NCBI RefSeq assembly: GCF_007748075.1
Contig: NZ_CP036280.1
Coordinates: forward strand, 1,230,001-1,262,000
Direction: 5' to 3'
DNA length: 32,000 nt
Source: Mucisphaera calidilacus
GTDB taxonomy: Bacteria > Planctomycetota > Phycisphaerae > Phycisphaerales > Phycisphaeraceae
Notes under the pieces: generated by a model
The model's input: only the letters and a program-made list of their open reading frames with translations
What the model was told of the DNA's origin: nothing
Database searches by the model: none
Shown: positions 8,833 to 16,568 of the stretch, piece by piece
Numbering within the stretch: position 1 is the stretch's first letter
How the letters are laid out: the number at the start of each line of letters is the position of its first letter
Translations under genes and position numbers: made by a program

Positions 8833-9617
8833 GTCAGACCCAAGCGCCGATCGACGAGGTACTGGACGCCCTGAGTCGGGGTGAGATTGATCAGGCTGAG
8901 GCACGCGAGCGGCTGTTGTCGTTGCAGGCGCGTCCGCTGGGCTTTGCGACACTCGATCTGGATCGGCCCCGGCGGTGCGGTGCGGCGGAGGTGATCTTTG
9001 CCGAGGGCAAGACGCCCGAGCAAGTGGTCGCCATCGTACGGACGCTGCGTGAGCAGGGCGGCTGCGTGTTAGCCACGCGGTGCACGGATGAACAGGTGGC
9101 GATGGTGCAGTCGGCCTTTGGAGGGAATGATCAGCTGCTGGTTGATGCGCTAGCTCGTACGATCATCGTGGGGGATCCGCCTGCCCCGGCCGATGCTGCG
9201 CCGGTTTGTATCGTGACCGCGGGGACCAGCGACCTGCCCGTAGCACGCGAAGCGTTGAGCACCTGCGTGGCCTATGGTCAGCCGGCCGAGTTGATCGTGG
9301 ACGTCGGCGTCGCCGGTTTGCACCGCCTGCTGGGACGACTCGACACGATCAAGCGGAGCAGCGTGGTGATCACGGTCGCGGGGATGGAGGCGGCTCTGCC
9401 CAGTGTCATGGGAGGGCTGATCGAGGCTCCGATCATCGCGGTGCCGACGAGTGTCGGCTACGGCTCGCACTTCGAGGGCCTCGCTGCGCTGCTGAGTTGC
9501 CTCAACGCCTGCGCGTCGGGGATCGCGACGGTCAACATCGACAACGGCTTCGGTGCGGCGGTGATGGCCTGCCGGATCAACGCCCTGGCACACCCGAACA
9601 CGGTTGAGGCATCATGA
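8829..9617 (+). CDS. larB: LarB, pyridinium-3,5-biscarboxylic acid mononucleotide synthase (nickel-pincer cofactor biosynthesis; PurE-like)
   Basis: LGFATLDLDRPRRCGAAEVIFAEGKT, VTAGTSDLPVAREA, DVGVAGLHRL and VAGMEAALPSVMGGLIEAPIIAVPTSVGYGSHFEGLAALLSCLNACASGIATVNIDNGFGAA closely follow the Lactobacillus plantarum LarB sequence as I recall it. Confidence 0.9.
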   Translation: MSQTQAPIDEVLDALSRGEIDQAEARERLLSLQARPLGFATLDLDRPRRCGAAEVIFAEGKTPEQVVAIVRTLREQGGCVLATRCTDEQVAMVQSAFGGNDQLLVDALARTIIVGDPPAPADAAPVCIVTAGTSDLPVAREALSTCVAYGQPAELIVDVGVAGLHRLLGRLDTIKRSSVVITVAGMEAALPSVMGGLIEAPIIAVPTSVGYGSHFEGLAALLSCLNACASGIATVNIDNGFGAAVMACRINALAHPNTVEAS

Positions 9618-10486
9618 CGCAAGCCGATCTCCCCCCCATGCCGCTTCGCCCGGAGGACGGCCACAAGGGCACGTTCGGCACGGTGATCGTGGTAGGCGGA
9701 TCGGTCGGGATGATCGGTGCGCCGGCGCTTGCTGCGACGGCTGCCTTCCGCGTGGGCGTTGGTCTGGTTCGGATCGCGGCACCGGCTGGGGTTCTGCATC
9801 ACGCGGTGGGGCTGGAACCGAGTGCGACCGGATTCGTGCTGCCGGATGAGCCGGGCGAAGCGCTGGCTGCGATCGATCGAGCCGACCCCGAGCAGCAGGC
9901 GGTGCTGGCGATCGGCCCGGGGATGGGGATGTCGCGATCGACGCAGGAGATCGTGGAGGCGTTGCTGGCTCATCAGCCGCGTGCGGTGGTGCTTGATGCC
10001 GACGGGCTCAACGCTCTGGCGGCCCTCTGCGCTCGCTCCTGTCTGGCGGGCGGGACGCTGCCGAGTCGTCTGGTTCTCACGCCTCACCCCGGTGAGTTTG
10101 GAAGGCTCGCGTCTGCGTTGCACATCAAGGGTTCGGCGACCGATCCGGATCAGCGGCCCGCGGCGGCGCAGGCGCTCGCGGAACAACTCGCGGCGACGGT
10201 GGTGCTCAAGGGCAACCGGAGCGTGGTCGCGGCGACTTGCAACCGCGTGGCCATCAATCAGACCGGGAACGCCGTCATGGCCGCGGGGGGATCGGGCGAC
10301 GTGCTGACCGGCGTTATCGCGGGGCTGCTCGCGCAGGGGATGGATCCCTACAACGCCGCTCGTTTAGGTGCGCATCTTCACGGTCTGTCGGCTGATCTCT
10401 GGCGGGAACGCAACACCGACCGCGGCATGCTGGCCCGGGAGTTGGCCGACGGTCTCACGCGGGCCATCGGCGCCTATGCGTCGTAA
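9614..10486 (+). CDS. nnrD: ADP-dependent NAD(P)H-hydrate dehydratase (YjeF C-terminal / carbohydrate-kinase-like domain only)
   Basis: HKGTFGTVIVVGGS, GPGMG, LDADGLN, LTPHPGEFGRL and AAGGSGDVLTGVIAGLLAQG. The start overlaps the larB stop (ATGA). Confidence 0.9.
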   Translation: MTQADLPPMPLRPEDGHKGTFGTVIVVGGSVGMIGAPALAATAAFRVGVGLVRIAAPAGVLHHAVGLEPSATGFVLPDEPGEALAAIDRADPEQQAVLAIGPGMGMSRSTQEIVEALLAHQPRAVVLDADGLNALAALCARSCLAGGTLPSRLVLTPHPGEFGRLASALHIKGSATDPDQRPAAAQALAEQLAATVVLKGNRSVVAATCNRVAINQTGNAVMAAGGSGDVLTGVIAGLLAQGMDPYNAARLGAHLHGLSADLWRERNTDRGMLARELADGLTRAIGAYAS

Positions 10487-11439
10487 CCGGCTGCGGCACG
10501 CTGGTGCATGGCGCACACCATGTCCGCGAGTTTTTTCGGCTTGATGACACGGACCTGATCGGCGTACCCGCAGACCCACCACGCGATCTCTCCCAGCCCG
10601 TCGACCTCGAAGCGCACGGTTGCCCAGCCGTCGCGTCGGAGCGACTGCTTCTGGCTCGGGTGCCAGGAGACCTCCATGACGTTGCGGGCGACGCGTGGCG
10701 CGAACCGCAGCTCGATCTTGTAGACCTTGCCCTCGGGGATCAGCAGCCACGCTTTGCCGATCTTGTCGGCGACTTTGAAATCGCGCGGCGGCGTGAAGTA
10801 AGACTCGGTGAGTTCGACGCCGCCGAGTCTCACGAGCTTGAAGACACGCACGTCGTCGAAGTGAGGTGTCCAGCCGTAGACGTACCAGGCCCGGGCGGCG
10901 AAGTGCAGGGCGTAGGGGTGCAGTTCGAGTTCGAGGTCCTCGTCCGCTCGGGCGGGGCGGTACCGGATGCGGCAGATCCGTCCTTCGTCGATACAGCTCT
11001 GCAGGATCCGGTGGTAACGGGTCTCGACATCGCCGGGCACGCGTGCCGAGGGCTGGACGGTGACATTGCTCATGACGTCGAGGCAGGCGCTGCGCATCGG
11101 CTCGGGGACGGCGCTGATGAGCTTGCGGATGGCCGAGACGGAGTCGGAGCCGAGCGGCTGATCCCGGCTGCCCTCCGCCGACTTGCCCAGCAGCAGCAGG
11201 CCGAGTGTCTCGGGGATTGTCAGGTTGACCGGCGGGAGGAAGAAGCGTTCCGCGACGCGGTAGCCGTCGCCCTGATCGAAGAAGCAGGGTATGCCTGCCT
11301 TGCGGAGCAGGTCGAGGTCGCGGAAGACGGTGCGCCGGTGGACGCCCAGCTCCTCGGCGAGTTGATCGGGGTTCTGGGCCTGACCGGACTGCAGCAGCGT
11401 GATGAGTCGCAGCAGTCTCGGTAGTCGCGTGCCGGCCAC
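10474..11439 (-). CDS. HTH plus WYL-domain transcriptional regulator (YafY/PafBC-like architecture)
   Basis: N-terminal wHTH: RLLRLITLLQSGQAQNPDQLAEELGVHRRTVFRDLDLLRKAGIP. Central WYL-type segment: ARAWYVYGWTPHFDDVRVFKLVRLGGVEL. C-terminal WCX-like tail: EIAWWVCGYADQVRVIKPKKL. Confidence 0.8.
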   Translation of the reverse strand: MAGTRLPRLLRLITLLQSGQAQNPDQLAEELGVHRRTVFRDLDLLRKAGIPCFFDQGDGYRVAERFFLPPVNLTIPETLGLLLLGKSAEGSRDQPLGSDSVSAIRKLISAVPEPMRSACLDVMSNVTVQPSARVPGDVETRYHRILQSCIDEGRICRIRYRPARADEDLELELHPYALHFAARAWYVYGWTPHFDDVRVFKLVRLGGVELTESYFTPPRDFKVADKIGKAWLLIPEGKVYKIELRFAPRVARNVMEVSWHPSQKQSLRRDGWATVRFEVDGLGEIAWWVCGYADQVRVIKPKKLADMVCAMHQRAAAGYDA

Positions 11440-11472
11440 AGGTGTGCTCCCGGACGGAGGATGGGTATCCGA

Positions 11473-11985
11473 TCAGGGCCTCGGGATGCCGCTTCGATCG
11501 AGCAGGTCCATGAACTGACTGGTGAAGACGAAGTTCTCTTCGGGGAAGGCCAGGCCGGCCCGGTTCTGGTCGACGTGGCTGAACATCAGGTCGACGCGGC
11601 CGAGCGGGGTTGCGGAGTCGGGCGACGCGGGGTCGATCAGGTCGAGTGTTCCCGAGGTCGAAGCGCCCATGTCGTCGTAGCGGTCGAGGGTCGCGGTAAA
11701 ACGCACGACGTGCCCGGGCGGGGCGGTCGTCTCGAAGGAGGCCCGGTTGATTTTCGCCAGGATGACTTTTTCCTTGAACCCGCCGTGGTGCCCGACCATG
11801 ATCCCGGCGGTCTGGGCCATGCCCTCGATCAGCAGGGAGTGGGGCATCATGGGGTCGGGGGCACGCTGTTCGTCGGCGGGGAAGTGGTCGTGCAGGACTT
11901 CTTCCGCGGCGGAGACACACTTGACCGCGACGCAGCGCTGCCCGGGCAGGAGTTCCGTGATCCGGTCGATCCAGATCCAGCGCAC
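11473..11985 (-). CDS. FabA/FabZ-like hotdog-fold dehydratase (divergent, with C-terminal extension)
   Basis: GTG start 1 nt after the ACP stop. HDHFPADEQRAPDPMMPHSLLIEGMAQTAG carries the catalytic His and Glu positions of FabZ, with an insertion in the HFP..P.PG motif. Confidence 0.75.
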   Translation of the reverse strand: MRWIWIDRITELLPGQRCVAVKCVSAAEEVLHDHFPADEQRAPDPMMPHSLLIEGMAQTAGIMVGHHGGFKEKVILAKINRASFETTAPPGHVVRFTATLDRYDDMGASTSGTLDLIDPASPDSATPLGRVDLMFSHVDQNRAGLAFPEENFVFTSQFMDLLDRSGIPRP

Positions 11986-11986
11986 G

Positions 11987-12382
11987 TCAGGCGGCCTGGT
12001 TGAGCTTGGTTTCGACGAACTTGACGATCGCCTCCACCGTGAAGACCTTGGCGAAGTCGTCGACCTCGCGTGAGGCTTCGAGGTCGGTCAGGTCGGCGTG
12101 GGGCATTTTCTCTTTGAGTTCGGCGATGCCGGCGTCGGTGAGCTTGCCGTCCTGGACGTACTTGGCGTCGTTGAGGACGTCGCTGGGCATCATCTCGGTC
12201 TGATCGATCTTGATGCCGAACTCTTTCTCGAGGCGGAATGCGATATCGAGAAAGTCGATCGATTCGGCACCGAGGTCGGGTCCGAGTGTCGCCTCGGGCG
12301 TCACCTCGTCCGGATCAACGCCGAGGGCATCTTCAAGAACCGTGCGCACCTTGTCGAAGACTTCGTCCGTGCTCATCGCCAT
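11987..12382 (-). CDS. Acyl carrier protein with an internal insertion of about 45 aa
   Basis: LGPDLGAESIDFLDIAFRLEKEFGIKI is the phosphopantetheine Ser site followed by helix II. A helix IV-like TVEAIVKFVETKL lies at the C-terminus. At 131 aa it is well above the usual ACP length of about 80 aa. Confidence 0.8.
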   Translation of the reverse strand: MAMSTDEVFDKVRTVLEDALGVDPDEVTPEATLGPDLGAESIDFLDIAFRLEKEFGIKIDQTEMMPSDVLNDAKYVQDGKLTDAGIAELKEKMPHADLTDLEASREVDDFAKVFTVEAIVKFVETKLNQAA

Positions 12383-12451
12383 TGTTGGGTCTGCTCCCTG
12401 CAAGTCGTTCTGGGACCCCGTGGGGTCAATTCTCTGTAAACGGTCATGGTA

Positions 12452-12838
12452 TCACACGCCAGCCGGCGCGGGCTTGCTCAGGGTGAATCGGCCGGAGACG
12501 GCCATTTCTCCCTCGACCTCGCCACGGCCCTCGCACTCGAGTCGGCCGTCGGCCTGCTTGCGGGGCTTGACCGTGACCCGGAGCGTCTGGCCGGGTCGGA
12601 CCATGGCGGCGAAGCGGACGTTGCGCACCTCCGCGATGACGAGTCGTTCGTCCATGCCCAGGACACCCGCGAGCCTGCGGCCGGCCTGCACCATCGCCTC
12701 GACCATCATGACGCCGGGCAGCACCGGGAATCCCGGAAAGTGGTCGCCGAGGTACTCCTCCGCCGCGGTAACGTTCTTGATCGCCACGACGCCATCCGGC
12801 CCCTGCTCCAGCACCCGGTCAATCAGTTCAAACCTCAT
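12452..12838 (-). CDS. fabZ: 3-hydroxyacyl-ACP dehydratase FabZ-like
   Basis: MRFELIDRV..AAEEYLGDHFPGFPVLPGVMMVEAMVQAG is the canonical FabZ active-site block. AGGAAG lies 6 nt upstream of the ATG at 12838, so the track ORF start at 12898 is probably an over-extension. Confidence 0.85.
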   Translation of the reverse strand: MRFELIDRVLEQGPDGVVAIKNVTAAEEYLGDHFPGFPVLPGVMMVEAMVQAGRRLAGVLGMDERLVIAEVRNVRFAAMVRPGQTLRVTVKPRKQADGRLECEGRGEVEGEMAVSGRFTLSKPAPAGV

Positions 12839-12901
12839 ACGATCTTCCTGAGCGTTCTGCGACGGCGCGAGTCTAAACCCGCCGGCGGGCCTTGGCAACG
12901 A

Positions 12902-13483
12902 TCAGCCGGCCGCGACTTCCTCGAAGCGGAAGACGTCCTCGCGCATCGCGTTCTCGATGGCGTAGGTGCGGAGCATCCCGGCATAGCTGGCCTTGATCAG
13001 CGGCGCATCATCCAGTTCCAGCTGCTCGCGTACGGCGATGACGTCGGCCTCGGTCTTGCCCTCGATCTCGATCCAGGGCCCGATCAGCGGCAGGGTGTCG
13101 AGCATGACGTGGGTCTGGTCGAGTTGCCAGTACTCGCGTTTTTTCTCGAAGGTCAGGCTGGGGCCGTAGCCGAGTTCGATCAGCAGCGCCGCAGCGTTCT
13201 CGGCCGACTGGACGTGGACTTCGGTCTCGCTGCGCCGCTTGAGCCCGCCGTGGGAACGCGGCCCCTTGTGGGTGATGTAGACGGTGGTGACGTCGCTGCC
13301 GCAGTCGCGGCTGATGCGGATCCGCAGCCCCTGGTCGTAGGCCTTGAGGGTGTGGTCCTCGGTGTCGAAGTAGATGTTGGTTTCCTCGAACTCGCCGGTC
13401 TGGCGGGCGCCGAGGGCTCGGAGGCGTTCGCGGATCGACGCCATGTCGACGATCTTCATCTTGGCTTCGATTTCGATGTGCAT
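12902..13483 (-). CDS. CYTH-domain protein (class IV adenylate cyclase CyaB / triphosphate tunnel metalloenzyme family)
   Basis: N-terminal MHIEIEAKMKI carries the ExExK signature. The 193-aa length and alternating charged beta-strand pattern (LRIRISRD, ETEVHV, IEIEG) fit the family. Confidence 0.85.
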   Translation of the reverse strand: MHIEIEAKMKIVDMASIRERLRALGARQTGEFEETNIYFDTEDHTLKAYDQGLRIRISRDCGSDVTTVYITHKGPRSHGGLKRRSETEVHVQSAENAAALLIELGYGPSLTFEKKREYWQLDQTHVMLDTLPLIGPWIEIEGKTEADVIAVREQLELDDAPLIKASYAGMLRTYAIENAMREDVFRFEEVAAG

Positions 13484-13537
13484 CGAGCGGGTCTCCGGGG
13501 TTGCGGTCTGTTATTAGCGTAGCGGCTGCCGGTGGAC

Positions 13538-13939
13538 TCAGGCGTGCTGGCGTGCGAAGAGGCATCGGGACGCACGCTGGACCAGAGCTAGGTCGTTGAT
13601 CTGCCGCAGCGCCCCGCGGCTCAGGAGCACCGCCAGCCGGGCACCGACCGGGCGGCCCGCGGTGGCGGACCAGAGCGAAAGGGTGTCGCTCATGCTCATG
13701 CCCGAGGACCGGCAGACCTGCCAGAAGACCAATACGGCACGCACCCGGTCGCCTTGGGCTTGCCAGAACCTCCGTGTCAGAAGCACCAGCAGCGCGAGAC
13801 TGACGAGTGACAGGAGGACCACGAGCCAGGTCGCATTCCAGGCGTAGTTGTTGGTGATGTAGTCCTGGACGGCTTCGAGACCTGCCGAGACCAGCCTGCC
13901 CTCGTCGCGAGGCATCTCTGCGGGGGGTAACTCGTTCAT
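13538..13939 (-). CDS. Hypothetical single-pass membrane protein
   Basis: 133-aa ORF whose start overlaps the upstream HEAT-repeat gene stop by 4 nt. One clear hydrophobic helix: WLVVLLSLVSLALLVLL. Confidence 0.6.
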   Translation of the reverse strand: MNELPPAEMPRDEGRLVSAGLEAVQDYITNNYAWNATWLVVLLSLVSLALLVLLTRRFWQAQGDRVRAVLVFWQVCRSSGMSMSDTLSLWSATAGRPVGARLAVLLSRGALRQINDLALVQRASRCLFARQHA

Positions 13940-15783
13940 GCGGCCCCCATGAGCTTGGCCGTGTCGGTGGTCTGCTTCTCGATCCGTGCGATCACGTCGC
14001 CGATCGCGTCGTGGGCACGCTTGCGGATCGCGACCGAGGGGTCGCCGCTGGCCATCTCGACCAGCCGTGGCGCTAGTGACTCGATGTGGTGGGTTCTAGC
14101 GACCCAGATCGCCGACATCCGGTGTTTCTCACGCGTGTCTGAGAGCATGGTCCGCAGCCGATCGAGCGCCCGCACTTCATGCCGGGTGCCCATCAAGGAG
14201 GCGATGGCGTTGGCGCGGACACGGTTGTGGCCCTCGGCCGTGAGTTTGAGGATCGTCTCGGTGTGTGGCCTGGTCTTCGGTGTGCCCAGCGCCTCGATGG
14301 CGTTGGCTCGGACGCGTCCGTCCTTGTGGGCCAAAGCTCCCGCGACGGCCTTTCGGCTGGTTGTGGTCTTGAGGTCGCCGAGCGCCGAGACCGCGGCGGA
14401 CGCCAGTTTCTCATCGGTGGAGGCCGCCAGCGCACGCAGGCGCGGTTCGAACTCTGCCGTCATTCCCAGCACGCGGATCATGGAGACCGCGAGCAGACGC
14501 CGGGATTGAGGCGAACGTCGGAGCAGGCCATCGACGCGCTGTTCGAGCTGGTCGTCGATCCGCCTGAGCGTGCCCCCACGGCTCCGCCGCTCTTCGGTCG
14601 AGAGACGGTTCCATTGCGTGACGAGACGCTCGAAGAGGCCCGGTGCCATCCGTGTCCCGGCCATGGAACGCACCTCGGCGTGCGGGCTGCTCAGCGCCCG
14701 CGAGACGGCCTTCGGGTCACGGGCGTGGTTCATCAGCCAGACCATCGCCGACCGAGCCAGTTGTGCGTTGTCGCTGTGCAGCAGGCGTTCGATGACACGC
14801 TCTGCTGCCGGGCAGATCGCCGAGAGTTCGATCAGGTGTCGCAGGGCCAAGCTGCGAAGCGGTGTGGACCCGTGGGTGATCAGGTCGGCGAGCAGGCCGA
14901 CACGCTCTTCGGGACGGCGGCCGGGGTCCGATGCGACGCTCGACATCACGCCCGGCCCGAATCGCCTGGCGACTTCCTCCAGCGACGCCTTGCTGCTGAT
15001 CGTGCCACGCCTTGTCTGGCGGGGGACCAGGCACTCGCCGTGTCGGAACGCGATGGTCTGGCCCATCGCCGAACGCAGGCCCTGTGTTGCGCCGGGTGCC
15101 ACCTCGGGGATGCCGACCCACCAGTCGAGTCGGTCGCGGACGAGTTCGTCACCCGACTCGGCGAGCAGGTCACGCAGGACCATGACGCGCAGCCGGGGAG
15201 CACGCTGGATCTGCTGCCTGACCTCGCGACCGAGACGCGGGCCTGCGACGGCCAGTGCCCAGGCCAGTGGCCCGTGCGAGGCTTGTGGCAGGGCCGCGAA
15301 CATGGAGCCGACGGTCCGCGCCGTCTCGGCGGAGCGTTCCTGATCCGCGTCGGGGGCGCATGCCAGCCGCACCCAGTTCCGGAGCAGGCGTTGGGCTTCC
15401 TCGCGGATAGCGGGGCGGTCGTCGTTCAGGGGGGATCGGAGCAGGTCCAGCAGTCTCGGGTCGTTCATCCGGTCGAGAACGCGCAGGCTGCCGGCTCGCA
15501 ACTGCGACACGTTGGCCCTGAGGGCCTCACGCAGCAGGGCCGGGCGTTCATCGAGCAGTGTGCACAGGCGGTCGGCCTGGGACGGAGCCAATTGGTCAAA
15601 ACGCCTGATCAGCCCCAGCAGCGTCGACTTCTGCGGGCGAACGAGTGCGAGGTCGACCAGTTCTGCCCGTTCGGCGTCGTCAGCGAGGTCAATCGCCGTG
15701 ATCAGAGACGACAGAGCTAGCCTGTTGGATGCCTTTCGGATCGCACTAAGTCGTTGCCGTCTTGTTGAAAGGCTAATTGCCAT
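13936..15783 (-). CDS. HEAT-repeat (PBS-lyase-like) protein
   Basis: 615 aa, rich in Leu, Ala and Arg, with repeated D..VR..A..ALG-type units (DGRVRANAIEALG, HNRVRANAIASL, HAEVRSMAG, DPSVAIRKRAHDAIG). The opposite-strand 513-aa ORF has antisense-type composition. Confidence 0.75.
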   Translation of the reverse strand: MAISLSTRRQRLSAIRKASNRLALSSLITAIDLADDAERAELVDLALVRPQKSTLLGLIRRFDQLAPSQADRLCTLLDERPALLREALRANVSQLRAGSLRVLDRMNDPRLLDLLRSPLNDDRPAIREEAQRLLRNWVRLACAPDADQERSAETARTVGSMFAALPQASHGPLAWALAVAGPRLGREVRQQIQRAPRLRVMVLRDLLAESGDELVRDRLDWWVGIPEVAPGATQGLRSAMGQTIAFRHGECLVPRQTRRGTISSKASLEEVARRFGPGVMSSVASDPGRRPEERVGLLADLITHGSTPLRSLALRHLIELSAICPAAERVIERLLHSDNAQLARSAMVWLMNHARDPKAVSRALSSPHAEVRSMAGTRMAPGLFERLVTQWNRLSTEERRSRGGTLRRIDDQLEQRVDGLLRRSPQSRRLLAVSMIRVLGMTAEFEPRLRALAASTDEKLASAAVSALGDLKTTTSRKAVAGALAHKDGRVRANAIEALGTPKTRPHTETILKLTAEGHNRVRANAIASLMGTRHEVRALDRLRTMLSDTREKHRMSAIWVARTHHIESLAPRLVEMASGDPSVAIRKRAHDAIGDVIARIEKQTTDTAKLMGAA

Positions 15784-15943
15784 GCTGTGCTCAGGGCGGA
15801 GGGTGGGTCTGTAATGTGCTTTATTATCGGCACCCCGTTGGCATTGGCTGCAAAGCTACCCCAGAGTCACAGTCTCCCGGATCAAAATGAAAAAAAGCCT
15901 GCTCAGTTCGGAAGTTAGCGCTTCCAGTTTGAGGAGTCAGATA

Positions 15944-15949
15944 TATAAT
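15944..15949 (+). promoter_or_regulatory. Perfect TATAAT -10 hexamer in the AT-rich divergent intergenic region
   Basis: tataat at 15944-15949, 74 nt upstream of the ATG at 16023. No convincing -35 is seen (ttccag at a 16-nt spacing). A perfect hexamer is notable in GC-rich DNA. Confidence 0.35.
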
Positions 15950-15970
15950 TATGGTCTGCTAAACGCAGTT

Positions 15971-15992
15971 CGTGGTTCGCCAGAGAACCACG
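15971..15992 (+). promoter_or_regulatory. Perfect 8-bp inverted repeat cgtggttc-N6-gaaccacg (operator or 5' UTR hairpin)
   Basis: Arms at 15971-15978 and 15985-15992, lying between the TATAAT box and the AAGGA SD / ATG at 16023. Confidence 0.35.
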
Positions 15993-16022
15993 CAGGCACC
16001 TCCTAGACAACAAGGATCCAGT

Positions 16023-16568
16023 ATGAGTGTGAGCCATAAGTCTCAATCTACGCAAATGTTTCGGTTGATGCTGTATAGCCGTCCCCTCCACCCCGAGCTG
16101 TTCGATCTCCAGGCTCGGCGGATGGATCATCACGGCGAGTACGAGATCGAGACCTGGTTGATCCCCGGCGGGCACGTCGTCCGCTTCCAGATCCCCGATC
16201 AGCACCTGACCGAAACCGTCATCGATCGCGGCGACCACCTGCCCGAGAACGGCCTGGTCCACGCCCTGCCCTGCATGGGTGAGAAGGACTACGAGATGGA
16301 GCAGCAGGATCGTCTTGTCTATGTGACGACGGTTCAGTCCGAGTCTCTCACGGAGAACCTCTATAACGCCACGCTCAAGGAAATGACCGACTTCGCGGAA
16401 GAAACCGGGTCGGTTTCCTTCGACTGGAAGGATGCCCAGGGCACCGAGTGTCTCTCGCTGGTGGACAGCCAGAAGTACCGCTCGGAGTACCACGTGCAGA
16501 GCTACCACTTGCTCGGTTCAACCGGCGTGGTCCTCCGCACGCAGTCGATCTTCGAGATCCGCGACTGA
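16023..16568 (+). CDS. Conserved hypothetical acidic protein (181 aa)
   Basis: ATG at 16023 with AAGGA 8 nt upstream. Begins MSVSHKSQSTQMFRLMLYSRPLHPELFDL. No catalytic motif recognised. Visibly less GC-rich at its 5' end than its neighbours. Confidence 0.7.
   Translation: MSVSHKSQSTQMFRLMLYSRPLHPELFDLQARRMDHHGEYEIETWLIPGGHVVRFQIPDQHLTETVIDRGDHLPENGLVHALPCMGEKDYEMEQQDRLVYVTTVQSESLTENLYNATLKEMTDFAEETGSVSFDWKDAQGTECLSLVDSQKYRSEYHVQSYHLLGSTGVVLRTQSIFEIRD

Noticed and set aside
10364-11920. 518-aa minus-strand ORF spanning the WYL regulator and hotdog genes in another frame
   Set aside because: Extreme Arg/Pro/Gly content (RRRT.., PRRP..). It overlaps two well-supported genes on the same strand in different frames.
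12446-13522. 358-aa + strand ORF opposite fabZ and the CYTH gene
   Set aside because: Antisense shadow with Gly/Asp/Val/Leu-rich composition. The opposite strand has canonical FabZ and CYTH signatures.
14179-15720. 513-aa + strand ORF opposite the HEAT-repeat gene
   Set aside because: Gly/Asp/Arg/Gln-rich with no repeats or motifs. The minus-strand protein shows regular HEAT-like repeat units and is coupled to the downstream gene.
15887-16006. 39-aa sORF (MKKSLLSSEV...) in the AT-rich intergenic region
   Set aside because: No Shine-Dalgarno sequence, codon usage unlike the rest of the window, and it overlaps the TATAAT box and the inverted repeat. More likely regulatory DNA than coding.
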